Virus record (IMG/VR): IMGVR_UViG_3300005144_000001
Span: 1 to 43,780 of that record
Origin: a virus
Lineage: Duplodnaviria; Caudoviricetes
DNA length: 43,780 nucleotides
Strand: one strand, 5' to 3'
The position numbers and the translations under genes were made by a program. This document shows positions 17,541 through 27,569 of this stretch, one piece after another (positions within the stretch are counted from its first letter, which is position 1; each line of letters opens with the position of its first letter). Under the pieces are notes generated by a model. That model was not told where the DNA came from and made no database searches. It saw only the letters and a list, made by a program, of their open reading frames with translations.

Positions 17541-18062
17541 TTACTGGAAAAATCCTGCGCTTTTCTTTGCGGCCCGTTGCCTCAGTCTTAACGTATGGGA
17601 AAGCTCCTTCATCTCTTCATCGTATACAGCTTTGTGCAGTTGGAAGGAATCTATTTTCCCATTGGCTTTATACCACTCTGAAAGACCGTAAGCGATTAGG
17701 GCATCATGGATATCTGATTCAATAGGAGCATCGATATTTGCCGCCATCGTATCCTTAAGCATGATTACATATTCAACTTTATCGGCTACACCGGTGTCAA
17801 ATACAAATGGGATAGTGCCGTCCGGGAGTAAATATTGGAGGAAGGACAACTTCTTTAGTATCTCCTGTGCGGCAGTCTTGAAGTACAGGGATAACATGTC
17901 TTCATCCTCAGCATCTACTCCAAGGTCCTCTATCAGGCTTTCTCCTTCCTGATTCTTCAGGTGCCGGGCCGTGTAGTAGGAAGAGGCTTTCACTTCATCC
18001 ATGAGGCTCGTAAGGGTAAAGCTGATAGTGATTATTTTGTTTACTGTGTCAACTACTCTCAT
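17541..18062 (-). CDS. Phage structural protein, paralog 4 of 4 (putative tail ring/adaptor)
   Basis: Shares GESLIEDxGVDxED and C-terminal YxLxEWY with its neighbours. Confidence 0.55.
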   Translation of the reverse strand: MRVVDTVNKIITISFTLTSLMDEVKASSYYTARHLKNQEGESLIEDLGVDAEDEDMLSLYFKTAAQEILKKLSFLQYLLPDGTIPFVFDTGVADKVEYVIMLKDTMAANIDAPIESDIHDALIAYGLSEWYKANGKIDSFQLHKAVYDEEMKELSHTLRLRQRAAKKSAGFFQ

Positions 18063-18064
18063 AA

Positions 18065-18559
18065 TTACAATGGTTTTTTGCGTTCGTAGATAGTATTGTT
18101 TAGTCCGTTCATTGATTCGATATATGAATCTGCTGAAACTTTAGCGTCATCATACATGCCATTGTGCATATACCAGTCGCGAAGCGAGTAATTGAGAATT
18201 GAATCATAGATGTACTGGTCAATAACAGTCTCGATATTGTCAATCATATTGTCCTTGTGCAGAATCGTCATAACGATTGCTCCTTCACTTGGCGTACCTA
18301 CTTCATCAAATGAATAGGCACCAACAATGCCGACTGTTAAGAATAGCATTGGTGCAAATACCTTCTTGGACCCAGATTCAATGAGTGTCTGGACAAATAC
18401 TTTGTCCTCTTCATCCACGCCCTGGTCCTCGATTAATGATTCACCTTTGGCACCTTTTCTTTGCCTGGCCTTGTAGTAAGTGGCTTTAGTGATCTTTGAT
18501 ATCAACTCAGTCAGATTATACTGGAACTGAAACTGACTATTGGCAGTGCTTAGTATCAT
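18065..18559 (-). CDS. Phage structural protein, paralog 3 of 4 (putative tail ring/adaptor)
   Basis: YYKAR...GESLIEDQGVDEED...NYSLRDWY. Confidence 0.55.
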   Translation of the reverse strand: MILSTANSQFQFQYNLTELISKITKATYYKARQRKGAKGESLIEDQGVDEEDKVFVQTLIESGSKKVFAPMLFLTVGIVGAYSFDEVGTPSEGAIVMTILHKDNMIDNIETVIDQYIYDSILNYSLRDWYMHNGMYDDAKVSADSYIESMNGLNNTIYERKKPL

Positions 18560-18999
18560 GCAGGTTTTTTCCTTATTTTAAGTGAGACTTCAATCAGTTG
18601 TTTTACTTCCAGGTAGCTATTACCTCCTTCATGGTTGATCATCCGGTACCACTCCTTTAACACATACTGAACAATTCCGCGAACGAGTAGATTCTCCCAT
18701 ACTGGATAAAGAGTTTGGTTGAACCCATCTTTCTTAGTGATGGTTATTACAAGACTCCCGGCATTCAGTACAATTGGAGTTGGGATATCAATAACCTGGT
18801 CTGAGATGTTAGAAAGAATCTCGTTTGCTCCATCAAGGAGTAGTGTTTCGACTACATCGGATTCAGAATCAGTCAGAGCAACCAAGTCCGGGTTCTCTGA
18901 AATTTTGGACCTGATTTGCGTGTACATCTTGGCCTGTCGTTGAATCATGGATTCATCGATGGTGAATATTAACTGTGTGGCCGTAGCGTTGTATGACAT
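18556..18999 (-). CDS. Phage structural protein, paralog 2 of 4 (putative tail ring/adaptor)
   Basis: ALTDSE...LVITITKK...VQYVLKEWY. Confidence 0.5.
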   Translation of the reverse strand: MSYNATATQLIFTIDESMIQRQAKMYTQIRSKISENPDLVALTDSESDVVETLLLDGANEILSNISDQVIDIPTPIVLNAGSLVITITKKDGFNQTLYPVWENLLVRGIVQYVLKEWYRMINHEGGNSYLEVKQLIEVSLKIRKKPA

Positions 19000-19553
19000 T
19001 AGATTAAGGAATTAAATGCGGTTTCTAAATCAGTCCTTGCCTGGTCAAGCGTCGTGGGATTAGTCCAATTAAGATCCGATACTACACGTTGCGTCACTAT
19101 CGAATACAGCGTATCATTCCATGCCTGAAAATTATCATTGTCGAACCCAAGCTGTTGGTACCAATCGCGTAGTACAAACTGAATAACCAGATTTTTAATA
19201 GCATCATCCCAACTATCAAGTGTCGAAATATTGATAGTCGATTTCTTCACTACCCGTAATACGATGGTCCGTTCTACTTCATTGAATTCTGATGTTTTCA
19301 GTATTCCTTCAAGTGGCCGGGCCAATGGTGCCATGAAATTGAATGCATACATAACACCGGTATTGCCTGAAAAAAGAAAGAAGTCAAATTCATCATCCGT
19401 AAGCGTTGCCCGGTCAACATCTTTAATCTTTCCTTCCGAAAATAGGTTTGCTATGAAATAGGAACAATCCTGCTTGATTAATGTGTACAGGTCATCCATT
19501 GAGTATGAAAACTCAATGTAATCTATTGTCCCTATGGTTTTAATCGTATTCAA
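18999..19553 (-). CDS. Phage structural protein, paralog 1 of 4 (putative tail ring/adaptor)
   Basis: TLTDDE...IVLRVVKK...IQFVLRDWY. Confidence 0.5.
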   Translation of the reverse strand: MNTIKTIGTIDYIEFSYSMDDLYTLIKQDCSYFIANLFSEGKIKDVDRATLTDDEFDFFLFSGNTGVMYAFNFMAPLARPLEGILKTSEFNEVERTIVLRVVKKSTINISTLDSWDDAIKNLVIQFVLRDWYQQLGFDNDNFQAWNDTLYSIVTQRVVSDLNWTNPTTLDQARTDLETAFNSLI

Positions 19554-20128
19554 TGCCTCTTATTTCCATCATTAAGCCGGTCGGCGAACTTTGCCATACG
19601 ACGGTCACCAAACCACCACGAAATCACACTAAATGTCATATAGATGATGGACTCAATGATCATGTCAACCTGTGCGATAGAAAGCAAGTCACTATTCTTC
19701 TGCATGAACTGGAAGTTCTGATATACCAGGTACCCGGTGATATACATCAAAACAATGGTTACCCCAGGACGTATCCCGGCTCTTACCACATCGATAACAC
19801 CCAGAAGAAACACAAGGAAAGTTCCAATCCACATGGTCCACTTATTATCAAAAAGCTTCTCAAGCAATTGAGTGGGTGCCGCCGTCTGGTTACCGTACTT
19901 CTGGCTTAGTGAGTATATTTCAGAATCAGACTTATCCTTGGCAATATTGGACTGCAAGGTAACTTCCTGTATGTTGGCTGCAGCTTCGGCTTGCTTCTCC
20001 TTAATACGGGCATTTATGAGGTCTATCTCATGCTTATTGTTCTGTTTCTGGTTGAACAGATTGAATACATTCGTCACAAGGCTACCTAGTAAGCCTGTAA
20101 GTGTCCCAGAAAGTGCTGATAGTATCAT
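19550..20128 (-). CDS. Holin-like membrane protein (3TM-holin type)
   Basis: Hydrophobic segments, IRPGVT and WWFGDR motifs; coupled to the putative endolysin. Confidence 0.65.
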   Translation of the reverse strand: MILSALSGTLTGLLGSLVTNVFNLFNQKQNNKHEIDLINARIKEKQAEAAANIQEVTLQSNIAKDKSDSEIYSLSQKYGNQTAAPTQLLEKLFDNKWTMWIGTFLVFLLGVIDVVRAGIRPGVTIVLMYITGYLVYQNFQFMQKNSDLLSIAQVDMIIESIIYMTFSVISWWFGDRRMAKFADRLNDGNKRH

Positions 20129-20541
20129 CGTATGATTAGTTTAAAGTTTTGTCCTGCAAGTACCCTCATGAATGAATCGAATGTAGAACGGCTGTTTGAT
20201 ACAGCCAGTTGGTTTGATATGATTGCAGGCTTATATCCCAATAGAATACATCCCTCAGAATTGGTGATATACCCTTTGAGCTTGTCACCGGCCCAATTAC
20301 CGTAGTGAGTCAAAACATAGCTTCTACCTTCAACATCCTGTAAGATATATACCTGTCCGAATTTTGAGGAGCGATAAAGAACGCAATCGTATGGTCCCGG
20401 TTTTATCCTTGACAAACCTACTTTATTATACCTCCACGGCAGTTCCATCGTATAGCACGACCAGTGCAAGGCCGGGATCGCCAATACTCCTAGCGTCCCT
20501 TGATCGCCCTCATGAATTCTATCCAGATATACGTTTATCAA
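20125..20541 (-). CDS. DUF5675-like putative endolysin
   Basis: TLG.L...TMELPW...IKPGPY...DVEGRSYVLTHYGN...SEGCILLG. Confidence 0.7.
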   Translation of the reverse strand: MINVYLDRIHEGDQGTLGVLAIPALHWSCYTMELPWRYNKVGLSRIKPGPYDCVLYRSSKFGQVYILQDVEGRSYVLTHYGNWAGDKLKGYITNSEGCILLGYKPAIISNQLAVSNSRSTFDSFMRVLAGQNFKLIIR

Positions 20542-20987
20542 TCGGTAACCATTTTATAGAATGAACGAATGTAGGCCGGTCGCATTTCTTCCGGAACCAA
20601 TTTTTCAGGTATTTCAAATACCTCTACATCGATAACTTCATCAAGCATCTTCTCCCACTTTTCATCATTGGCCTTCACCTTGTCAAGTGAGGTTTTATAA
20701 CGCTTGTCAAGTGCATCCATCGCCTTCCGGAAGCCGGGTAGGTCCTCAATGAAACTTGTTTCACCTTCTTTTATGGTGAACTTGTTTACAACCTGAGTCC
20801 GTTCCTCATTGTATTTTTCCATCCCATCAACTTTACCGATCTGCTTCTGGGCAATAGTCACTTCGTATTCAAACTTGTCGATATTCTTACTTATACCGCG
20901 CTTGAATTTAAAGCAACCCATTGCAGGCATGGAGTTCATTATTTGGGAATTTATATTCGCTTCCCGGAGTGTGATTTGAATTTTCAT
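20538..20987 (-). CDS. Hypothetical phage protein (helical)
   Basis: 149-aa ORF, ATGA-coupled to the next gene. Confidence 0.6.
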   Translation of the reverse strand: MKIQITLREANINSQIMNSMPAMGCFKFKRGISKNIDKFEYEVTIAQKQIGKVDGMEKYNEERTQVVNKFTIKEGETSFIEDLPGFRKAMDALDKRYKTSLDKVKANDEKWEKMLDEVIDVEVFEIPEKLVPEEMRPAYIRSFYKMVTD

Positions 20988-21066
20988 CTTTAATCTATTA
21001 GTTTATACCATGTGTTTAGACCATAAAACTAAGGTGTAACATCCTCAATCTATGGTTATAAATTGA

Positions 21067-21357
21067 CTACTTCTCGTCTTTATTTCGTATAAGGCCCTTA
21101 ATCTCTTCAAGGTCCTTTTTAATATTGGTAAACTTCTCTTCAACGAGTTCGCGGTCTGCCTTTCTTTCTGTTTCGGTCCTGATGTTATCAATTTGTATTT
21201 CCATAACAGCAATTTTTTTTAAGCTGTATTGGTGGGCCTGTTCTACAGATTCTATTTTCCCATCATAGTGTATCCGGATAGCGGAAATTTTAGTGAATAC
21301 AGTTACAGCAAGCGTTATAAATGCGAAAATCGCGATAATAATCTCATAGGTGGTCAT
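21067..21357 (-). CDS. Small N-terminally anchored coiled-coil membrane protein (lysis-associated?)
   Basis: TM segment IIIAIFAFITLAVTVF followed by a coiled coil. Confidence 0.55.
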   Translation of the reverse strand: MTTYEIIIAIFAFITLAVTVFTKISAIRIHYDGKIESVEQAHQYSLKKIAVMEIQIDNIRTETERKADRELVEEKFTNIKKDLEEIKGLIRNKDEK

Positions 21358-21408
21358 AGGGGAAGTATTTAGTATTAAACAAATAGGGTAGGTAGCATGA
21401 GCTTATAG

Positions 21409-21591
21409 CTAATACTTCTTTTCCCCTGTTTTATCTAATTTGTCATCGTAACTAACGCCATTTTTATATGGAGTAGGTTTCTTCATGACCTTTGGGTTTG
21501 CAGTGTCCTGTTTCTGCCTAAACTTATGGCGTAGGGAATAAATCACACTGCCAATAATTAAGATTCCGATAATTGATAAAATTACTTTCAT
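21409..21591 (-). CDS. Small single-TM protein
   Basis: Likely start ATG 21591 (MKVILSIIGILIIGSVIY...), just after the upstream gene's stop. Confidence 0.5.
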   Translation of the reverse strand: MKVILSIIGILIIGSVIYSLRHKFRQKQDTANPKVMKKPTPYKNGVSYDDKLDKTGEKKY

Positions 21592-21607
21592 AGTTTCTGT
21601 TTTTAGG

Positions 21608-22645
21608 TTACTGAATTGTTCCAGGTGTCCAACTAAATGAAGCTGATCCAATGCTTTTAAATGTTGCATAATCATATGTAGATGATACTTGGCAATCTAT
21701 TTTAATTGTTTGAGCCTGTGATGAATTAGATGTCACGACAACTGTTTGTGCAAGTGGACGATATATTCCATCGGCCGGTAGGGTTACTTGCCCCATGTCC
21801 GTTACACCAGTGCCATCGCCGAGAGTAACTACCTTTAACCGCATGAAAACTGATTTCTGTGGACCGGTTCGAGTAACTTGTAGTCCAACGCTTACATATG
21901 CAGGATTATCAGTTGCTAAAAATCCGGAAAGTGATACATTCGCGGTAGCGGCCAATGCCGACACTGTGACATTAACGATCTGTTGGCCAACTTCGCACAT
22001 CGCCTCATTTTCCCTGTTTTGAGTTGCATTTAGCCACCAGTAGTATGGTGTTATTGTCGCTTGCTTCGTACCCAATGTCTGACCTATTCTTGTCAATCCA
22101 AAATCACCGTTCATCATGGGTGAGGTCTTCGTGTTACCATCGGTGTAGTCTTCTACCGTTGCTCCGTCAAATGCAAACAATACCCTGACTCTGTCTTTTG
22201 AAATTAAAGCAGTACCTAGAAAAGACTGAGAAATAGGATTGCTTTCACCATGGGCCAATACTGCATAAAGACTAATTAAGTCACCTTCCTCAATGCTCAA
22301 ACTGGCAGGAGACTGGTCGCTAAAGTAAATTGGCGGCTTTGCATTGTGATTGTAGCCTATGAAGTCATCTATGAAATAGTACGGACCTTGTGCTTTTTGG
22401 TATGTGTAAACACCGGCCAAGAAATCGGTCTGCAAAAATGAACCAGGTTTGAATTGCGCCCAGATATTTATTTCATCAGCAAGAACGAGTGTTACCTCAT
22501 CATAAATGTACTTCTGCAATGCTGCACAAATCTGAAATATATACCCATCAGTGGCATTGTATTGGTTGCTTCCTATGGATGTCATGATCCCTACCATGTT
22601 ATTTGCCGGATCATAATCTGGCCCTGCTTGCTTTATTATACTCAT
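21608..22645 (-). CDS. Tail-fibre-associated protein, beta-rich C-terminus
   Basis: 345 aa, ATGA-coupled to the tail fibre; Ig-like alternating pattern at the C-terminus. Confidence 0.55.
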   Translation of the reverse strand: MSIIKQAGPDYDPANNMVGIMTSIGSNQYNATDGYIFQICAALQKYIYDEVTLVLADEINIWAQFKPGSFLQTDFLAGVYTYQKAQGPYYFIDDFIGYNHNAKPPIYFSDQSPASLSIEEGDLISLYAVLAHGESNPISQSFLGTALISKDRVRVLFAFDGATVEDYTDGNTKTSPMMNGDFGLTRIGQTLGTKQATITPYYWWLNATQNRENEAMCEVGQQIVNVTVSALAATANVSLSGFLATDNPAYVSVGLQVTRTGPQKSVFMRLKVVTLGDGTGVTDMGQVTLPADGIYRPLAQTVVVTSNSSQAQTIKIDCQVSSTYDYATFKSIGSASFSWTPGTIQ

Positions 22646-25600
22646 GCTGCATTCCCTTCTCTTAGTCGTTTAACCTCTGCTTCTAATGCTTCAATCTTTG
22701 CATTTAACGCACGAATAGCCGGACCATGAAGTACGGACTGACGTTCATATGACATAGTTTTGAAATCTTTATATCCAAGGTGTTCAATGGTACTCACCAG
22801 AAGAGGCTCAATCTTTTCAACCTCCTGAGCTATGTTGCCAAGCTCAATCATTCCATTAAGGTCCTTCCTCCTGTAGGTGTATGCTTTTATTCCTAAAACT
22901 TTATCAAGTGCATCCTCCGGTGAAATCTCACGAACATCAGTCTTTATTCTAATATCCGATACCTGGGAACCAGACCGGCCAGTAGCAACAATCGATGAAT
23001 TTATTTTCAGTGCGGTAACCGTGCCAACTCCCGTTATAGAAACAGATGCCTTTTCCAGTTTAATACCGTTGATCGTTGCCGTACCATTTAAGGCAAGATC
23101 GCCTCCACCAGAAATACTGGCAACATTTACGGCAGTTCCGCTATTTGCCCGAAAAATCCATCCACGTGTACTATCATTATTCATATTAAAATAGGTAGCC
23201 CAACTACCTGTTACATACCCATGTGTTCCATAATTAGAAGTGCTGGTATTCATGAACTGAATACCATAGGTTTGTGCGGATGCAGATGTTCCATAAAGAG
23301 ATAACCCAGTAGTATTGTCTGTTCCAGCAGTTTGGGAAACAACTAATGCTCCTGTTGTACCAGTAATCACATCTCCAGAACTTGTTATATTTCCTGTCGT
23401 GTTTAAAGTACCTGTAATGGTAGTATTATTATTTAATTTAACATATCCACCCGCTGTACTTACTTCAATATTATCGTAATACGTTCCAGATGAATTTGCT
23501 GTTCCAATTCTTAGGCCACCAGACGCAAGTGAATTTTTTATATATCCCCAGTTATTAGCATGTGGTAAATCAACTACTCCATATAAGTTTACATTATTTG
23601 CTACCCAATCTACCGAACTTTTATTTGCTGAATTAGCATCATAAACAACTACCCATGGACTCCATGCTGTTGAATAGAAATTGCGGACATAAGTTCGCTG
23701 TGAACCATCGGTTTGGTAAGTAGTAAATGTTTGTTTTGTTCCTGCATGTTTTTCAACCAACAATGAAAATGCATATGGAGCCGGTGTATTGGTCATCGTA
23801 GCAACACTTACATTGGCAGTATTGTAATATATCCCAGGAGTAGTTATTGTATTCAAGTCAGTATTATTGGCTACAACTGTCGGTTGGTAAATAAAATCAG
23901 TTGCATGTTTCCCATCTACCATATCAGCATTCATACCACTTCCGGACCCCATATTCCCCCAATCCCATATTTTATATGTACTTGATGCAAATTTTCGATA
24001 TAAAATACCGACATCTGCTAGTAATCGTAAACCATAATCTACTCCATCGTTACTTGTTTCATGAAAATCAATATACTTGCCAATTTCCATAACTCCATCA
24101 GTACCAACAAATGGAACATAACCCCATGTAGGTCCAATTCCTGTTGTATTTAAAGAATATCCACTAAGAGTATTTGCATTAAGTCCAGAAGTAGATGTTT
24201 TAGTAATCGTTCCTAATGTTGAAGCAATACCAACACTCCATCCAGTTTGATAAGTATTTACATCTACACCATGTCCTATAACAACATTCCTGACTACTAC
24301 CTTTAAGTAATCCCAAGTAGATGTTGTTTCGCCAATATAAATAGCACAATTAGTTCCATCATGTCCAAAATGTACATTAAAATATTTATCATTTCGATTA
24401 GTAATCGTATGAGCAAATGTATTATACCAAGTAGCATTGGCGGAATAATTATAACCACCCAAGTGAATTGAAATCGATTCTCCAACACTGTCGCCATTAT
24501 AATCATAAATATCTACCCACATGGACATCATAGTATTTGTCCATGTCGTAGGCAATGTTATTTTTATTGCTCCGGTAGAAAAACTGGCAGTTGTAAATGA
24601 TGCTCCTCCTGGTTGTATAATGTGGGCCAGTGAATCTGTTGCCGGAGCATAATAGGTTGTACCAGCATAAGTCAATAGATTATTGGCTGTCCAATTAACA
24701 GTTTTAATATTGGAGTTTCCTGAATGCCATACAGTCTGCTCAACACCTCCAGAGCGAACCAATAGGGAAGTATCTCCGACTATATCAGTTTCACCTGTAC
24801 CGCCTCCGCGAAAATGGAAAGCATTATTCTGATAATAAAATCGGCCATTATTATTGGCAGTAGAAGCATAGTCAATCATAGCTACTGCTCCATACAGGTA
24901 AGTATAATAATTACCAATAGAACCTAATCGTGTTTGGCCTGCATTACGAAATTGATTTACTACAACTTCTCCATTTGAACGATAAATTGTAAATACATTT
25001 CCATTAAATACTCCGGCATCTGTATAATTTGCAATATGAAAATCACTACCTATATTACTTCCGGTTTCAGTCTCTACTCCTGCGTAAACATCCCATCTAT
25101 TGGTTCCATTAGTCCTATAAATAAGATTTCTGTAAGTTCCAGAAGCCGAATCAAGAATTAAATTAACTCCATTAGAAGTTGTCTTTAATGTTTGCGTTAA
25201 AGCGGTAAAAATATTTGAATCTGTCAATTTTGCATACAGGCTGTCGCTGATTGTTTTAGTATAATAATTTGTAAGGTCAAACACGTCCCCGTCAATAATA
25301 AGGTTTCCAGACGTATCGAGTTTTAGACCACTTCCGTATTTAAGCGTTATCGCATTATCTACTGTTTTCCCAATCGGATCGGCCACTGGTAACAGGTCCC
25401 AGATTGTTGTAGCAATAGCAGACGCTACTTGTGAACCCACCCGGCCGGAGGCTGTAAAATCCCCGGTAACATGTACCGGTTGATCAATAATTATTTTCGT
25501 TCCGTCCCATGAGAAGGTTGCAGAACCTACTTTGATAGTTGTTACTGTCGGATTTAGCGTTGTATCGAATCTACTTGCAGTAGAATTCCATACAGCTATT

Positions 25601-26937
25601 CCTCCTGACGTTGGAGTATCTTGGCGTGTAGCGATAGCTTGTAACGATCCGGCTTCCCATCCGACACGGGCTACTGCATCATTACCGGCTGCGAAAATAA
25701 GATTGTTTGTGCCATCAGCCAGAAGTATTTTAAAGCCTGAAACTACACCCACACCCAGACCGGTTGTTGCGCCATCTCTTGTTATAACAAGGTCATTAGT
25801 AGTGTATAGCTTTTCTGCATGAGTTTCATATGCGGCTCCTGATTGCGTGATCGGTCCGTTAACTATCAATGATGAAACAGTAAGAGGACCCGATACCGTA
25901 CCCCCGGATGTATTTAATTTTGCATTTAGAGCTGTCTGTAGTGTACTTACCTGGCTAATTGCAATAGTAGGTATATCGGAGGCAGTAAGGCTTCGTAATG
26001 CAATGCCGGTGACGTGTCCATTGGCATTACTAGTGAAGGTTGATATTACCTGGCCGGCCGTTGCTGTTATATTTCTGGCCGTATATGTCGGATGTGAATA
26101 TGGAGCAACCCACGAAAAATTACCGTTTGTGTTGGATGAAAGTAAGTATCCATCCTGCGCCGGTACTCCAAGGTCCGGTTTTACGACTGAGTCAAGAATT
26201 GTAACTACTCCATTGACCACTGAGAATTGAGTTCCGGAGAACTGAGCTATTCCCTTTGCTGCTGTAGATGCAATGGGAAGTTGATCAAACCATGTAGGCA
26301 GGTTTCCGGAAGCATACTGAGAGCCAATTGAACCGGTAGACAAAAGAGAATTAGTAAATACAAGCCGGTTATTTACGGAATCAACAGTTACGCCTAGTTT
26401 GTCAGCTACATAGGTCCACGCTGCATCTTCCGTAAAGTGGATCGTTGTGTCTGCTATGTGGCTATTCCATATAGTAATCTGCGGATCAGTTTTATCGAGC
26501 TTTGAATCCAATGCCGCCTGCAATCCGATTATATCAGAAATAGGGTGTGTATGGTCTGCCGGGACCAATACAGCATCTAATATTGTTGCAATTCCATTGG
26601 ATACTGAGAACTGATTAGCATTGAACTGAGCAATACCTTTTGCACCGGTACTTGCTATAGGAAGTTGGTCGAACCATGACGGAAGATTACCTCCGGAGTA
26701 TTGGGAGCCAACCGAACCAGTAGACGCCAAATTTTTCGAGCATACAAGTACGTCTTTTATTGGATCGTATGTGAAGTACCCGGCAATGGCCGATACTGTC
26801 TCAATACCCAGGATATTCCTTAGATTGTCTTTCTCTTCGATAGAGAGGTTTTCAAGTCCCTTTCTCGCAAAGTAATCATCTATCGTCCTGAATTTCTCAG
26901 CAAGATAAAGGGCTATTTGTTCGTTTTGCTTCGTCAT
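22642..26937 (-). CDS. Tail fibre/spike with C-terminal peptidase S74-type intramolecular chaperone
   Basis: G/T/S/N-rich; ADHTHPISDIIGLQAALD and knob-like DLNTITTPGIYY segments; C-terminal SDIRIKTD...IAQEVE plus coiled coil. Confidence 0.88.
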   Translation of the reverse strand: MTKQNEQIALYLAEKFRTIDDYFARKGLENLSIEEKDNLRNILGIETVSAIAGYFTYDPIKDVLVCSKNLASTGSVGSQYSGGNLPSWFDQLPIASTGAKGIAQFNANQFSVSNGIATILDAVLVPADHTHPISDIIGLQAALDSKLDKTDPQITIWNSHIADTTIHFTEDAAWTYVADKLGVTVDSVNNRLVFTNSLLSTGSIGSQYASGNLPTWFDQLPIASTAAKGIAQFSGTQFSVVNGVVTILDSVVKPDLGVPAQDGYLLSSNTNGNFSWVAPYSHPTYTARNITATAGQVISTFTSNANGHVTGIALRSLTASDIPTIAISQVSTLQTALNAKLNTSGGTVSGPLTVSSLIVNGPITQSGAAYETHAEKLYTTNDLVITRDGATTGLGVGVVSGFKILLADGTNNLIFAAGNDAVARVGWEAGSLQAIATRQDTPTSGGIAVWNSTASRFDTTLNPTVTTIKVGSATFSWDGTKIIIDQPVHVTGDFTASGRVGSQVASAIATTIWDLLPVADPIGKTVDNAITLKYGSGLKLDTSGNLIIDGDVFDLTNYYTKTISDSLYAKLTDSNIFTALTQTLKTTSNGVNLILDSASGTYRNLIYRTNGTNRWDVYAGVETETGSNIGSDFHIANYTDAGVFNGNVFTIYRSNGEVVVNQFRNAGQTRLGSIGNYYTYLYGAVAMIDYASTANNNGRFYYQNNAFHFRGGGTGETDIVGDTSLLVRSGGVEQTVWHSGNSNIKTVNWTANNLLTYAGTTYYAPATDSLAHIIQPGGASFTTASFSTGAIKITLPTTWTNTMMSMWVDIYDYNGDSVGESISIHLGGYNYSANATWYNTFAHTITNRNDKYFNVHFGHDGTNCAIYIGETTSTWDYLKVVVRNVVIGHGVDVNTYQTGWSVGIASTLGTITKTSTSGLNANTLSGYSLNTTGIGPTWGYVPFVGTDGVMEIGKYIDFHETSNDGVDYGLRLLADVGILYRKFASSTYKIWDWGNMGSGSGMNADMVDGKHATDFIYQPTVVANNTDLNTITTPGIYYNTANVSVATMTNTPAPYAFSLLVEKHAGTKQTFTTYQTDGSQRTYVRNFYSTAWSPWVVVYDANSANKSSVDWVANNVNLYGVVDLPHANNWGYIKNSLASGGLRIGTANSSGTYYDNIEVSTAGGYVKLNNNTTITGTLNTTGNITSSGDVITGTTGALVVSQTAGTDNTTGLSLYGTSASAQTYGIQFMNTSTSNYGTHGYVTGSWATYFNMNNDSTRGWIFRANSGTAVNVASISGGGDLALNGTATINGIKLEKASVSITGVGTVTALKINSSIVATGRSGSQVSDIRIKTDVREISPEDALDKVLGIKAYTYRRKDLNGMIELGNIAQEVEKIEPLLVSTIEHLGYKDFKTMSYERQSVLHGPAIRALNAKIEALEAEVKRLREGNAA

Positions 26938-27569
26938 ACAACCACATCATTGAATACTCCGGCATTCTGACCGAAGACAGATTTGAATTCATCGAATCCA
27001 CCGGCCGGTGTAAGTTCACCTTCGGGTGTAAGCGATACAATTTCTCCACTCTTGAAATTTTCCCTGTATGATTGCATTAGCATTGTCTTCCACTGGTTCA
27101 TGTCGGTCCAGTTCACATTATCGAATACAGTACCGACATAAAGGCATATTGCAAATGATCCGGTAGTTCCTCCGGGATCTGATTCATTGTAATTGCTTAC
27201 AAGGATTAGTTTATTACCGCGATCCTGTTCTGCAATTGCGTCCCTGGCTGCAATATTGGCAACCTGATATAACGGCTTATTCGTAAATGCTGTGTCAACT
27301 ACAAATTTTTTGGTAGCCGGATCGAAGTCGGTATCCGGTATAAATTCAGTTGTATTCCCTTTAAGCAGGACGCTATCACTATCTGCTTTTGTCGAATTGA
27401 TACTAGTGATGTCAGCTTCCAACTGGTCATGAGTTTTTGTACCCTTATTCGTAAGCGAGCCATGATCTCCATCGAAGGCATCAGCTTTCTTTAGGTATGG
27501 AAGTTGCATTTCATCTACAATCTTCCGTACAAATTGCTCAATTCTGTTGACAAGCTCGGTTATAGTCAT
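26934..27569 (-). CDS. Virion/tail-associated protein
   Basis: DPATKKFV fibre-type motif; coupled on both sides. Confidence 0.5.
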   Translation of the reverse strand: MTITELVNRIEQFVRKIVDEMQLPYLKKADAFDGDHGSLTNKGTKTHDQLEADITSINSTKADSDSVLLKGNTTEFIPDTDFDPATKKFVVDTAFTNKPLYQVANIAARDAIAEQDRGNKLILVSNYNESDPGGTTGSFAICLYVGTVFDNVNWTDMNQWKTMLMQSYRENFKSGEIVSLTPEGELTPAGGFDEFKSVFGQNAGVFNDVVV

